Positions 38,640 to 53,408 of a stretch of 64,000 bases of DNA are shown here, piece after piece. The stretch is from Octopus vulgaris. Taxonomy: Eukaryota. The position numbers were made by a program, and so were the translations under genes. The notes beneath the pieces are model-generated. The model made no database searches, was not told the origin of the DNA, and was given only the letters and a program-made list of their open reading frames with translations. Numbering within the stretch: position 1 is the first letter of the stretch; every line of letters starts with the position of its first letter. The stretch covers positions 92,194,001-92,258,000 of the forward strand of contig OX597820.1 of the NCBI GenBank assembly GCA_951406725.2, written 5' to 3'.

Positions 38640-41600
38640 TGTTCTTTAGCTAGTACTAGATTTCTTCAGTATCTCTACTTAGGCTCAGTCTCTTGCAAAC
38701 TATCCATGCTTCTTTTTCCATTCTACGCAATATCTGTCCTAACTATACCAGATATTCTCACGTGTGCCAGTAAGGATTCTATGGCATTCTTGATATATCA
38801 ACCCATGCTATTTTCCTTTGAACGTAAACCACAGTAGATTAGCCCTCATCTATCATCATGCTTGACTAAATTCAGCACGTCATTATCCCCGCACATAGTG
38901 AAAACTTGTTCGGAATTTGGTGTAGCCTCTCTAACTCGCCTTTCTTCCTTCCAACTAATATAGGTTTTTGAAGTCATGTTCGTATGTTTGTCATTCAATT
39001 TGATAATTTTCGGTCATTCAATTTCGCACTTCAGTCAAAGAATTTAGCATTTATCTCATTCAAATTAAAATGCCAATCGAGAGCATTCAACTGAGTCGGA
39101 ATGCGAAGAAGCGTCTTTTCGAGCATTCAAATTCATACTTGGGCATTCGAGTTCGGAATAATTTTTTTTCAATTTAGCACTAATTTTACATGCTTGTTTT
39201 TACTCACATTCTGAGAACTGAATGTTAAAAATGACATATTTAAAATACATATTTTGTCATGCAAATTTTACTATGTTGCTATAACTACAATGAAAAAACA
39301 AATTACTTAATTCTTCTGTCCAGAAAAGGCCTTTTCATTGCAACATTCTTAACCGATCGGTATTGGTCGCATTTTATATCCCTTTCTCTTACACCAACTT
39401 GTAATCATGGAGCTACCCGTAAGGTACATGCGTATATCAGATGAAGTAAGGGTAAGGCTGATTGGTGCCTTCAAGTGGCATTAAACCGATTACCTGCGAC
39501 TACAAGTTTCACTTAGCATTAAAAGGAGTACTGCTCGATCCATAGTAGCGACCTACCTACAGTCGGAGAGGCGCCAGAAGTTGCCAAAAGGTGGTGCACA
39601 CTACATTAAGTTTGATAAGGTAATGAGAGCCAGACGTGAGATGGTTATTGATATCAAGCCACTCGCAACCCTTGAACAGATGAATAGGGACTTAGAGGCA
39701 GTATTGCCGTGAAAGCCGCCTGTTTCCGTGTCTGCAAACTCATGGGATCTAGATGGGATGTTGATAACTATGAACTTGGCCAAAGACGTCCCAAATGCAA
39801 GAAATGCCCCAAGAAATCTGGAAAAGCTTTATGATTAAGTGCATTGGTTCATAGACGAGGGAGTCATTGGTCATTGCGTATTCATTGACGAATGTGGGTA
39901 CAACATTTGTACCAGGCTGTCTTTTAGATGAGCCCCTCTAGGCGTTCCTATTCGCCGAGTTGTCACTTTTGCATTGTCGGAAGAAATCAACCTGGTTCAC
40001 TACTCAATTACGAAAGGATACCGTTATACGAAACTCTTTCGAAGAGTCCGACATGTTCCCAGCGGATGAATTCATCTCCTTGAGCTACGACAACACGCAG
40101 CTACACGCTCGTCCCGTGCTCCCAGTCAACAACGACCCACTGTTCAGTCTGAAACTCTTGCCTCTCTATTCACCGTTTCTTAATTGTACGGAAATATTGC
40201 ATTCTGCTTTTAAGAAAGCTGTCAGACGAAAACTCGCTCGAGCTGAGTTGCAGCAAAGGGTTGACAACAAAGGATTGTCGAGCTTATATCATACAAGAGG
40301 TCGCAAGGCGTAACATCGGTGCTATCACACCAGGAAGTTATGTTCGTTGGTATAGACACACCCAGACCTATCCCGCGAGATGCCTCGACCGCAAGGAAAT
40401 AGACAGCTAAGTCTTCTCAAAAGAACTATCCTTATCAAGAATGTAAATCAATAATTACCTTAGTATACATAGCACTCTTTCCTCGATGAAGGGAAAAATG
40501 CAAAATCAAAGAAATATATACTTTTCTCAACAAGGCATATTGTGCAAGGGAAGAACACATCTCACAACATAGTGTATTTAAAATCGAAATAACTGAGCAT
40601 TTGTTGTAATTGTGATTTTCTTTAAAAAGATTGAAAAAGTTTGGAATGCGATTTCATGATGTCTTTAACAATAAATACATGTACCTAGGCAAAAATAAAA
40701 AGAATACATAAAAAAGACATGGGCATGGTAGATTGGTTAAAGCATAAACAATGGATGAAAACACATGATTATGGTAACAATGATCATGAGATAAAACGGA
40801 AACAGCTATCGTGCTAATTGGATTGCTCGAAGTGTTAAATAGATTGCTCCAAAACGAATTTGAATGCTCGAAAAGACGTTTCCTCGCATTCCGAGTGATT
40901 TATCATTTCCACTGGCATTTTAATTTGAACGAAACAGAATGATAGGAAAACGAATTTGTATGAGTAACTTCATGGCACTTATTTCTTCGCGACTTTGAAT
41001 GACCCGATTATCAAATTGAATGACAAACGTACGAAAATGACTGCAAAAACTTATAATAACTATACCTATCTCAATATTATAATAGCGCGTGTATTGATTA
41101 CTTGAAATCTTTTTCTTCTGTTCAGTTTAACCTGCAGTACCAGTCTAAATCTTGACAAATACTCTACAGTAAATCTTTTCTCCATTTCTTTATCTATCAT
41201 TTCATTCACATCTAGTATGATCAGTTATTTATACCCAAGATTTATCATTTCGTTTTATAATTTCTCGTGATGCAATTTCTATACTGTCAAATCTGTTGTG
41301 TTTCTCTCTCGTCAGGAGTATTAATCTAGGTTTTTTTAGATCAAATTCCAAGTTGATGTCCTTTCTAAAGTAATGAAGTGTGTTCCGAGGAAAACTGAAC
41401 TGACTTGAGTGTCTCCCTTATCGCACAGCTTGAGATCATCCAAAACTCGGTGGCTATGTTACAGGAATCATGCATGAAACAGACATTAAAGAAGTCCCTA
41501 TCTTTTGTTTGCATTTTGTTAGCTTAGTCATCCAACTTTGCATGCATTTTCTCATAAAACTCCTGACAATCTTTGCAATCCCAAACACGTTCAAACATTC

Positions 41601-42360
41601 AATGATCCACGAAAGTAGTATGATGTCATTAGTCTAGCGCCAATCTCTCCAGGCTATTATTAAATTTGTCGTCCTTTGCTGACAATATTTATTCGCCATT
41701 TTATCTACGAGTAGCTGATCTTTAGTTCTCCTGCAATTATCATAAAGAAATTTATATATTTCATCACTGATTATTCCATTGAGTAGCTTCTGCATCAGTG
41801 GAAGCTACTCACCGGAATAATCGCTGATGAAAAGTATAATCGTTCACTGGAATAATTTCAGTTATCCAGAAGGATATTGTGGATAACTGAAATTATCCAC
41901 AGCATCCTTTTTGAAGCATCCTTCAAACACAGTACTGTTATTCGAGTAGTTATCCACTCAGACATCTCTTCAATTTCGTTGATCAAAGCATTAAGATTTT
42001 CTACTATTTTTATAGCATCCTGTCAAATTCTCTACCCAATATCTCTGAAAACCGACAGATCCAGATGCCTTCCAATTGCTCATCATCCAGGTTACTTGTT
42101 GAATATTTTCTCTTTCTCTTCTTATTTTGCTTTCTTGTGGACAAGAAACATACTCCATCAAATTTTGTCATCACTCAAACGCGGCCTCTTCCTTACTCAA
42201 TATCCCAATCCATAAATCACAACTTAATTCTACTCATGGAATAACTTTTAGAGTGTGTTTTATCCATTAATTCTTGATAAAATTTCTTCTGATCAATTTG
42301 GAACAATCTGCTTTTGCTTATACGACTTCTCTCTTTCATCTCATCTTGCTGTTTTTACAC
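38640..42360 (-). mobile_element. Degraded R4/Dong-type LINE RT region split by an IS630/Tc1 insertion
   Basis: RT remnants on both sides of 38963-41051, including KDQLLVDK, DDLKL, YKYL and EYLSRFRLVLQVKLN. Confidence 0.7.
38963..41051 (+). mobile_element. IS630/Tc1-superfamily DNA transposon (DDxE, ISRm11-like), degraded, with long TIRs
   Basis: TATA-flanked TIRs GTTTTTG(A/C)AGTCAT..GTTTGTCATTCAATTTGATAAT, with inverted similarity over ~170-200 bp. Motifs VFIDECGYN, YDNTQLH and LPLYSPFLNCTE. Confidence 0.88.
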
Positions 42361-42361
42361 A

Positions 42362-42897
42362 TCTCTTATATAAAATCCGTTCTGTCTGTCTGTGTGTTTG
42401 TCTTCTATGGTCTCGGGCATCTTCCATCCGATTGCGCTCAAATTTGATATGTAGATACCGACGGTATCAGGGCGTGTAGAAATCTTGGGAAAATTACAAA
42501 AATCGATTCCAGGTGAGAATGCGATCAATAAAGCCGTTTTTGTCCTGCTTTTCTTCTGTCAACCTGTACATAACTGCACCTTCCATTTTTTGTTGTTTTT
42601 GTACTGCTTAAAGGCACGTTTCTTTCCTGCCAAGCTTACTGTTTAAACCATGTTTGTGTTCTCCCAGTCAACAGCCTTATCATTACTGGTACTTTAAACT
42701 CTTCGGTTGCATATTTGTGTAAATAAAATCGTTTTTCTTTGGAATAGAAAAAAAGTCTATCTTTATTTCTTCTTTTGCTGGTGTCTCAAATTTAGGTTAA
42801 ATCAGTGTTTCTCAAAGGGTAGGCCTATGGGACGGTCGGACAAGTTGTTTTGAGAAAATTTGGTTTAAATGTTTGACAACTCAGCACCGTCCATTGG
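42362..42897 (+). mobile_element. Non-autonomous Helitron-like repeat
   Basis: TCTTATATAAAATCCGTTCTGTCTGTCTG start. Homologous to 5417-5766. Confidence 0.6.
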
Positions 42898-44239
42898 ATG
42901 AGGGGAGGGCGTTTTGCTCGTATATATGTATAATAAAAAAAAAACGTGTAGTAAATAAACAAACGAACATATAATAAATGCACAAACGAGCAGAAAACTC
43001 AGAAGGTCACCAACTCTTCCCCTGTTTATGTCAGATGTTCAAACACTATTTCGGACATTATCGAGACACCTTTACCGCTGTTTCCAGAACATCACCAGTC
43101 AAAAGTTTGAGCATGTCGAGAGGGACAATTTATGTCCACTATTAGAAATTCAGTATGGTTCCTAAAATTGCCAACCTGTATTATCACACCATCAATAAGC
43201 AATGACGAAGAATAAAATTTAGAAATGAAAACCTACAAACGGCTTCTGAAACTCGAAAGAATAAAAAAAAAACGAAAAACCACAAGAAAGAAAACTCAGC
43301 ATAAAACAACTAGAACGGTTTACGAACAGTTTCTTGAAAACAATTATGAAACCTCACTTTAAGAAATAGTGAATAACATGAAGATGTCGAAAAGGAAATA
43401 AGGTTCACTTTTTCTTCCAAAATCAAGCAAACAGGTAATAGAAACTTTTATGCCACAGACTTTCCAAAGAAATTTTGTTCACAAAAATCAGTTAGACTCA
43501 GAATATAAATAACAAGCAAAAGACATATTATTGGTTAAATCAAAGCTAATACACTGCACCAATCTTTATGAGAATACTTTCAATGCAAAATTAAGTTTCT
43601 GGTGTATTCAAATGTACTAGTACGCCATTTGATAAATAGTTAAATGAAGTGGGTTGAGAAGTGAGCTTGCTCTATTTGACCAGTGATATTCTGTTTGATT
43701 TTCTTTAAATATATTTGTTTTAATTGTTGTATGCTTTTCTATATATCCTTAATTATTTCAATGCACGGGTGGATATATATAAACATATGTGTGCGTGTAT
43801 AAATATACATATATATATGAATGGAGGTGGGTGTATAGACGAATATGCGTGTACTTAGACAATGTTACTACATCTTTCCATATATTTTAAGATATCTATC
43901 ACCCATTCCGTTTCATTTTCTAAAACTTTCACATGCCACACGTCTTACATTTTTCCTGTGTACCTCGGGGTAAAAGTTGCATTATTTTTTATCTTGAAGG
44001 TATGAAAATCTATAATCACTATAGTCATAGTTACCACAACTTAAGGCATGATCATTATTACCATCACTCTGATCATCATGGTCATCATGATCATCATTAA
44101 CATCATTATCATCACCATCAGTATTATTATTACTATTATTGTTATTGCTGCTGTTGTTGTATGCTTCAGGCAATTTTCTACTGCATCAGTTGCTACAAGT
44201 CCCCATTGCTCAGATGTGTGCAGTGCTGTGTGTTCTTAA

Positions 44240-45250
44240 TTTTCTTTTCTTCTCTTTTTTTGTGTGGGGTTACAAACAATTACTGGTTATTGCATCAGTT
44301 CGCTTTGCTATGGGCTTTGGCTTCAGTTGTTTTTTGTATTAGTGTTTGTAAAGTGCGTTATGTTTATAATCCTTGTAATGCCCTTCTGTTGCATACAGTA
44401 CATGTTATGGGTTTTTTTTGTTTATAGGATATTTAATATGTAGAGTGTGTAAGGTGGAGAGCTGGCAGAAACTTTAGCACGCCGGGTGAAATGCTTACCG
44501 GTATTTCGTCTGTCTCTACGTTCTGAGTTCAAATTCTGCCGAGGTCGACTTATCCTTTCATCCTTTCGGGGTCGATAAAGTAAGTACCAGTTGCGTACTG
44601 TTGTCGATCTAATCGAATTGGACACCTCCCCCAAAATTTTGAGCATCGTGCGTGGAGTAGAAATTAATATATAGAGTGTGTCCTGTGCATGTGGATTAAT
44701 CTGTTTTGGTTGTACTATTGAATTCATAGTGTCTTGTGTATGATATAGCAAGGCTATTTTCTAGATAGTGTTCAGTGTCCAGGTATAGCTTCTTGGATTT
44801 AGTTCATAAGTTTTTTTTCTTATCGTACTTAATAGTCCAGTTATTACTAGTATCCTTTTCAGTTTCACGCCCCACATCTTAAATATTTCAATTTTGAGAT
44901 CTTTCTCCGCTTGTTTTTGGGCAATATTTTGGTTAGAAGGTACTGGATGTATACCAGTACACTAGTGTTTATTATGTTTGAGGCTTTAGATTTCATTTCT
45001 TTGTCAGTTTGAACAAGTATATCTGAGTTGATTATTGCCTGGTCGTGTCGTGCTTTGTTTGGCACATATTTATGTCATTCATTCTTAGGTTTTAAGCTGT
45101 AATGTTGCTATAGCGCCCAGTGGATATAACTATTTACTCTTCATGTCTCTATATATTCAGCTATCGCTAGGACTGGCCAGCTGGAGATGATGTGGTCAAC
45201 TGTCTCATTGAACTGGTTACACATTCTGCTTTTGGTGATAGAGCCTATTT
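44240..45250 (-). mobile_element. Degraded R4/Dong-type LINE 3' fragment
   Basis: CNQFNETVDHIISS, RHEE and IHW remnants, similar to 7700-9230. Confidence 0.7.
44451..44663 (+). mobile_element. SINE family A inserted in the LINE
   Basis: TSD TTAATAT(G/A)TAGAGTGTGT. Confidence 0.9.
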
Positions 45251-45921
45251 TAACTGCTTTTATATATAGCAATATGCGTTCGGAAAATAGTTATATTTCC
45301 ATTCTACAAACTACACAGTCCAAGTGAAATTGAGAGAACAAGCAGAGAAAAGAACTTAATAATTCCCGACCCAAACTAAATAAACAATAATACTAATATT
45401 TAGCGGTACTATTTCTACAACCATTACCACTAACAACAACAAAAATACTAGAGGTGCTCATGATGACGATAGCAGGAAAATACTAGCTAAGTCAAGAGGA
45501 ATGTTAGTAAAAATAATCTTATTTTTAGGGTGTAATGTTCTATTACCACAGTTACTCCTACTGCCAGCACCAGCACCAGCACCACCAACAACAACGACAA
45601 CAATAATACAGGAGATGATAATGGTGATGATGATAATTGAAATGTAAAAATCCCTGGGAAATATTGTTTACAACATTTCTAAAAATAGCCCCAAAATTAC
45701 TGCTTTCGCCTGGGTCAAACTACAGGTCTCTTGACATGTTCAACAAACCGCGACGCTAAACCAAACACCAATCAACTCAAGTAATTTAGTAAAATAACAA
45801 ACTTATTGGTCAGAATACAGTCTGCAAAAATTGACATTCTGGAGCCTATACAAATATTTTTAAGGCACACAGTTTAGCCATTTTACCACAACTGTAAATT
45901 GTAAAACTTAACTGTCACCAC

Positions 45922-45956
45922 TGTTCTCATTCCTAAGGTATTTTTCAGTGCTATTA

Positions 45957-46028
<72 letters not shown>

Positions 46029-46181
46029 TCACTACCTGGAATCCAACTTGCTTAGTAACCCGCGCTCTTAACCACTACGCCACATGTCTGTTAACAACAA
46101 ACAAGATGAGGACAAATATCCGTCAAAAGTAAAATAATGCAAATAAGGTACATAATTCCTCATCTCTTATATATAGAACTG
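45922..46181. mobile_element. Solo, head-to-head inverted copy of the tRNA-headed Poseidon pLTR
   Basis: 46088 down to 45922 (-) carries the tRNA head, (AAT)n and ATACCTTAGGAATGAGAAC. 46089-46181 (+) carries the TGTTAACAACAAACAAGATGAGGACAAATATCCGTCAAA tail. Confidence 0.8.
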
Positions 46182-46211
46182 TGAAAATCAAAGTTGAAAT
46201 TTCTTTGAGTA

Positions 46212-46246
<35 letters not shown>

Positions 46247-46869
46247 TTATACAGCCAAAATAATATTCAAGACGAGATGAATAGCGAACGGAGAAGGAAC
46301 GAAGACGAAAACAAACACGATGGAATGTGGATATACAAACAAAATAAAATAAACAGAATAAAACATCAGTGGAAAATATGGAAAATATGGAAGAGTATTT
46401 TAAAATATTGGGGACGATGTGACAAAATGGAGAGGACAACAAACCGTTTTGAAAGTGGGAGACAAAGGAAACACAAGCAGTTGTTTCGGCGATCGACACC
46501 GAAAAGAAGTGGGGATGAAAGGTTACAAAGAAGACGTGTCACGTGTCAGTGGATGGAGAGAGAAAAGTGGTAGAGGGCAGAGAGAGACACAGAGAGCAGA
46601 TGTATATTGTATATTGCATATATATTTCATGTTTGCCTGTTCACTTCCTGTCGTAATCGGTCCCTACATCACTTGCTCGCTAAGCATTTTGCCCGGCATG
46701 TTATCCATTACTTTTAATATTAAATATGAATATTCTTGGATGATGTATCTATGTGAATCCGGGCATTCTGCTGGTGCAGTGTGGGGAACATGTCTTGAAT
46801 TTATTTGCTTAGAGTTATTGAATAATAAGTGAGAATTTGTGAACAGTACTACTGCGAGAAGCGCTTGTA

Positions 46870-47225
46870 TACTCTTTACTCTCTTTTACTTGTTTCAGTA
46901 ATCTGGTTGCGGCCATGCTGGAGCAACGCATTTAGTCGAGCAAATCGACGCCAGGACCTATTCTATCGGTCTCATTTGCCGAAACACTTGTCAAGCAATG
47001 CTAGGGGAACAAACACAGACATACAAACATACACACGCATATATATATATATACATATATACGATGGGCTTCTTTGAGTTTCCGTCTACCAAATCCACTC
47101 ACAAGGCTTTGGTCGGCCCGAGGCTGGAGTAGAAGAAACTTGCCCAAGGTACCACGCAGTGGGACTGAACTAGGGACCATGTGGTTGGTAAGCAAGCTAC
47201 TTACCACACAGCCACTCCTGCGCCT
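46870..47225 (-). mobile_element. SINE family B
   Basis: Head, core and tail match the family. Confidence 0.9.
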
Positions 47226-49956
47226 ATATGTAAGAATTTTGAATGCAATCACGGATGCATAGATCTATGAATAAAGACGCACATACTCACAATCACAAAT
47301 ATACATGCACACACAGACAACTCAAACATATATATGATATACACACATGCATATATATAAACACACACATACATTTCCATACACGTACATGGGTACACAT
47401 ACTTAAATATATCTGTCTATCATTCCTTACACAAACCATAGTCATTAAGACTCACACGTTGCTTAGTTGCTGATAATTAGGATTCTTGTATTTATTTAAT
47501 TGCTAGTTTATCGAGTTAGGTTTAATTAGCTCCCACACATTCCTTGTTTACATGGACAACTATTTTCATTATTTCACTTGCTTTTTCATTCCATCTTCGT
47601 TTATTTTTAGTAAGACATACTGAAAATAGATTTAATTTCAATAAAACATTTCACTTACTCACATGACGAACCCAACACCCGGAACGCGTCATGGTGATCT
47701 TTGAATATATAGCTTTCTTTAATATATTTTCACTCAACAGTATTTCTTGCTTCAATGTATACACTGTGTAATTGCGAGTTTATATATGAATACATATAAG
47801 ATTATGTACTATTACGAATATGAATATATTAATATATACATGCAGTTATATTTGCCCTTTTCCTGAATTTATTATTAAATGCTTGAAATCGTAAAATTCT
47901 GTAATGTTTTTAATGTCACTATCTTAGATATTGCGCATATATATTCACAGCAAGCACAGAACTGGTTAATGATGTTTTCATCATATTTTACTCACCGATT
48001 TACTTCACTTACACAATCGGTTTCATAAGATTTCTGAACGTCACTACTTGTTCTCGTTTGTTTCCGAGACACTTTGCTCCAAAATGTATTATTATTTGAG
48101 TGAGGTTTCCACACTTGCATACTTCAATGCCAGTGTTCTCGTAACCTCTTCTCCAACTAGTTATACATTTCCAAATCAATTTTGTGTAAATATCAATGGA
48201 GTGTTTTATAAAACTCTACGCAGTTACACTACTACACATGCACAATATATATACAAATTGCTTTCTCTAGCATTATCTTTCTTTCATTATATATGGTTTC
48301 TCTTTTTAACACCTAGTGACAGATTTCTTAACATTGTTTTCCATGTGCAGTCTTCTCTCCCTTTATAGCCCATTCTTTTTCACTCACCATGTGAGATTTG
48401 GCTGTGTCTACGTCTCTCGAATATTTGCAGTTATGCTGTTATAACAACGATACAGCATCTACATTGCTTCACCTGCTATATATGACAGCCAAATATCCTT
48501 CAAATAAGTCACTAGTGGCTTTAAAGTTACGCATAAGGTATATGTAGTTTGGCACACAATATTAACCTCAAGAAAACATTTCTATTGTTGAAATACGTTT
48601 GACCGGCGTTACCTGGAAATTAAACAATAATATTTTTTTTTCTGTGAATGTTTTCTATTTTAGTTAAATATTTTGAAGCGCTACTGAAAGCCTGCGCTTT
48701 TTATCTTTTTCTCATCTTTTCTTTCTTTCTTTGTTCTAACACCGTTTCTCACTTTCACCCCTCCACAATAATAGTTGCTGCTACATTCCTTCAATAATTC
48801 TGGTTTTCTCGCCCTTCAGCAACTTCGTATTTCAGACTTGAGAGTCCTCAACACCATACCAGTCGCTGCCTCATCTATCCTGCCTTATCACTTTTATATC
48901 TCCTTCACTTCAAGAATTTCTTCATTTATTGACTTAAAACTGAAACAGAAATAATACAATTTTATGTTCACCCGTAGAAAAAGATAAATGGCTGAAATGT
49001 TAAATTCTTTCCGCGCCATATCAAATGTTATCAAAATTCAACTTGATAAAAATTATTCAAGGGTACCTGTTGTAATACGGTACGTTTTCTTATACAATTT
49101 AAACTAAGTACTATTTTTGTACTTCAAAATAGAGAAAAATTGGGTTGAAACATAATATAAGTTGAAATACTACGCTTTTTATCGGAAAGAAAGAATCTGG
49201 TGAGTACAATGGCTGATATCTTGTGGAACCTCAAACTAATATTCATCCATATTACTATCAGGTCGAACCTGGAGATTCACCAGCCTACTAAATGCGTCTG
49301 TATTTTTCAGATCTTGAAGCATTATTTACATATCTTATAAATATCGTGTTTGCTTAGTAAATACTTCAGACAACAATGAACGTTTTGTTATGTTGATTGT
49401 TTAGGGAAAAGTGATCAGAATGATCAGGTAATAAATTGGTTGTTCCAGTTAGTCTCGTGTGCAATACCTATATTCAGATCATTAATTGTTTGGAGATAGT
49501 TCAAACTAGTTCGTAATAAATGCTCCCGTCATGTTCCAACTAATTCCACTCTCACAAGTACACGGAAAACGCCGTAGTCTTAAAAAAGACTTTTGGCATT
49601 CGAATAGGTCCCAACTTCGAGTGGAGAATGGAGGTGCAAGTAAAATTGGTTGCATTATTTTCTCAACATATACGGAAACAGCAATGTCAAGATTCCTTAA
49701 TAGAAGGACAGACACTATGTCTTGGTATATTTTGCAAAAGAAAATATGTGCGCTAAACTGATGCACTGGATAATGAAATGAATAAAGATGATGAGAGACG
49801 ACAAATGTTTTGAAGCGCATTTCAAGCAAATATCCACGCTTCACAAATTCCCATTATCAGACAATACTTAAATTCACGTCCATAAAAGTTGAGACAACGT
49901 TCCTATTCTGATGTAGGCCAGTGAATAAAGAGGGAAGAACGTTTCCATATGTAATG

Positions 49957-50126
49957 CTTTCTACTATAAGCAAAAGTCTTGAAATTTTGAGGAGGGTGCT
50001 TGTCTATCATGTCGGCCCCAGCAGTCAACTAGTACTTATTTTATCGACCCCGAAGGGATGAAAGGTAAATTCGACCTTAGTGGTATTTGAACTCAGAACG
50101 TAAAGACGGACGAAATGCCGCTAAGC
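49957..50126 (-). mobile_element. SINE family A
   Basis: TACTTATTTTATCGACCCCGAAGGGATGAAAGG core. Confidence 0.85.
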
Positions 50127-52181
50127 TATATATGACACACGAAATACTAAGGCGACTTGTTGTAGACAAAGTGACAATGGCATCTAATTGATGTTACCTG
50201 ATAAAATATTTTGTTTGAATCGAAAACTGAATTGATGCAACGTTGAATTTTCCTTTGATAATTTGTCTGTTCCAACAGGAATTGTAGCAATTTGAAATTT
50301 ATCCCACTGTGAAGTAGACTGAAAAGCTTATGCTTGCGTACTAAAAATCAATGTTTTCAGAAATCTATCTAAGCCTCAATAGAATCTGCTTCCGAAGGAA
50401 TATATAATCTTTAGATCTATGATAGTGTTGATAGAAATTTCTCATATTGCTACTATCTGTTACTTTTACAGGCAATGGTATTGTCAATTGAATCAAAGTC
50501 AAGAGCGCTGAGAAAAAGAGCTGAGTCCTCTTTCTTTTATTAAGGTAAATCTCATAACATTGAGGAACGCAATGAAATACTGTGATTTCTTTATTTACCA
50601 TTTCACCATTTCTACTAGTAAATCAATGTCCGTGATATTTTGAACTCAGAGCTTTCTGAGATATAATTTAATTCAGTGTTTATTGTTTCTCTCAGCGGGA
50701 TTACAGCATAGTAGAACGAAAATAAATGTTGCAATTTGCTGGTTCCGTGTTTTTCTGTTTTTGCCATTAATACGAAATGTAGTTTAAAGGCTGAAGCGAA
50801 AGAATGAGAAAGATACAATTCAGTCAGGTTTACACCTATCATTCAGTTTTATGCACCGTCAGCTGACTATCATTTGGCCTTACCGTGCGGATAAGTGCTT
50901 CACATTTTCAAATTTAAGGTCTAAGCAACGATTCGGGACATCATAGATAGGTGTCTTTTAAAATATTCTCATGTCAACTGAAGCATTGTCGGTGACAGAA
51001 ATTCAAAGAGAGTAGTCTTATCAGAAAATGACACTCATTTTGTCTGAAGATTAACATAAACTAAGAAGTGTATCTAAGATATTCAGACACACTAAAATTA
51101 TTCCATGTGTGCTTCATCCAATTAATCTAACAACTGAAAAATTCATTCATCGAAACCGACGGAAGATCCCTGATTTATATTTACTACTTTTTTCACTTGG
51201 CAATTAAAGTTTGTATCTTCTATAATTTCGCTTCAATAAATACGTTATTGTTATGGTTCGCCATGATACTTGACTCATTCAACATATACGTAGAGTTGAC
51301 TTTTCGGAATTTTATTGAACGGTTTATGATACATGTGGCTTGTCGGAAACTGTTTCTGACTAACAAAACTAGTATATTTTACTCACACCTGGCAATGTTA
51401 AATATTTCCTTTTATCTATTTTACTAGCTGTTTTTTTCCCCATTTCTTACATGTACGTTTTTTTCCCTCCGTTATACTTGCTGCTTTTCAAAGTTTTAAT
51501 ATTGAACAATTCGCTTGAATGTGTTTTCTGTAGATATGTTTTCTATTTCATTTACTTATGCTTCCAAGCAAAGTTTTATGATCTCTGGTATGTGGTTAGA
51601 GTATTTATGTATGCAAGAATTGCGGAAACATATTACAATGTAAGGCTCAATATAAAGATAAATATTTTAAAAAAATACTACTGGCAGTAGATTAAAAAAA
51701 AAGAATGAACATGATATGAAGACTATTAATAGAATAAATTTTAATATTCAAACATAAAATTATAAATAATATGTAAAAACAAGCACATATAGTCCACACG
51801 CTTAAACGATTTAGCTAAGTGATAAAACATTGTAAGTTGGGGATTTATACACTGAAAAGTAGGTTATTTAAAATTCAACGAAGTAAAAAGTTTAACTCTA
51901 TGAAAAAAGGTAGCTTATAAAAAGAAATTACATAGAATCAAACTGTTTGTTTCTCCATTATTTCTTCGTGCTTTGCATTTATGTACTTTCAGACACAATC
52001 ATGCAAAAGTAGATTTTTTTTTAAATGTATTCGTGCACAAGCATATGTTTACATTTACACACACACACACACACATACATACATATATATATATATATAT
52101 ACATAAATATTTATATATACTTACACTCATGCAGATATGTGTACGGGTGTCCGTATATGCATATATATGTGAATGTTTATG

Positions 52182-52228
<47 letters not shown>

Positions 52229-53247
52229 TGGTGCTATGAGTTTCCTTTGCTGCTTACATTATTCCACAGTGAAGTGTAGAGATCTGTCTGGACTGTTATC
52301 TTAGGAAACAACTCAGATTCATAACAAACACTAAACAACTACAGGCTGTTCCTATTATCCATACAGAGAGCTTGCTACAAAATTTTGAAAGCAAACCTTT
52401 TTATCCCGGTTTTCCCATTTCGGGTTGTCACAATGAACTGAATACATAGCTTGTTTTACATTCAGTAGATTACACATAGACACAATCACACACACACACA
52501 CACACGCAAACACACATAACTACATATGTGTAAGTTATGTGCGTAGATAAGTATGTATGTAGTGTTTTCTGATAAGATGGAGGTGGGGTATAACTTTCAA
52601 ATTTGCCAATTGTATAGAACCAAAAACAAGCTGATGATTATTTTATTTTCTCTATATCAAAATGCTGAATTTCCTCTTGTTACATAAATGGAACGATAGT
52701 CGCGTAAGGTTGTTTTTCTTACCATGCACAAATTGTAAGGAAAATTTCAATTTATTATGAATTTATTGAATACGTCATTTAGTATATAACACAATTATTT
52801 AATTATCCAAATATTTTCAGTTTGCCCCTTTCAGTTATTCCTATTCGCTATATGCTAATTTTGAACAATGCAAATTATGCTTCCAGGAAAATATACGTAA
52901 CACATTTTCTATAACTAAAAACTCAGTTACTGATCATAAAACTTGATTAGGCTGTACTATACTGACAAGATCAATAGAGCGAAACATCTCGAAGTTTCAG
53001 TCTATCTTTCTCTTAATCTTTCTGATAAATACGAGAAATTAATTCTTAATTTCTTGAAATTATTTTCCATTATTTTTGAGAGTCGCCAACAATTACTGCT
53101 AGAAGTTAGTTTACTTTCTATATTTTTCAAAAGAACTTCAATCAATTAGAATATCTTAGGGTATCGCATTCAGCATCTCATCTATTTTGAAATTCATTTA
53201 TTATGCTAATTTCTGCCGTTGGCCGTTTTGGGATAGCTGCTTTATAT

Positions 53248-53296
<49 letters not shown>

Positions 53297-53351
53297 TATA
53301 TACATATATATATACATATATATATACATATATATACACATATATATATAC

Positions 53352-53408
<57 letters not shown>

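Noticed and set aside
46475-46505. Hairpin followed by GAAACAACTG on the minus strand as a hammerhead
   Set aside because: The CUGANGA box is absent. At most a truncated pLTR remnant.
49506-49844. 112-aa ORF
   Set aside because: No recognisable homology or splice support.
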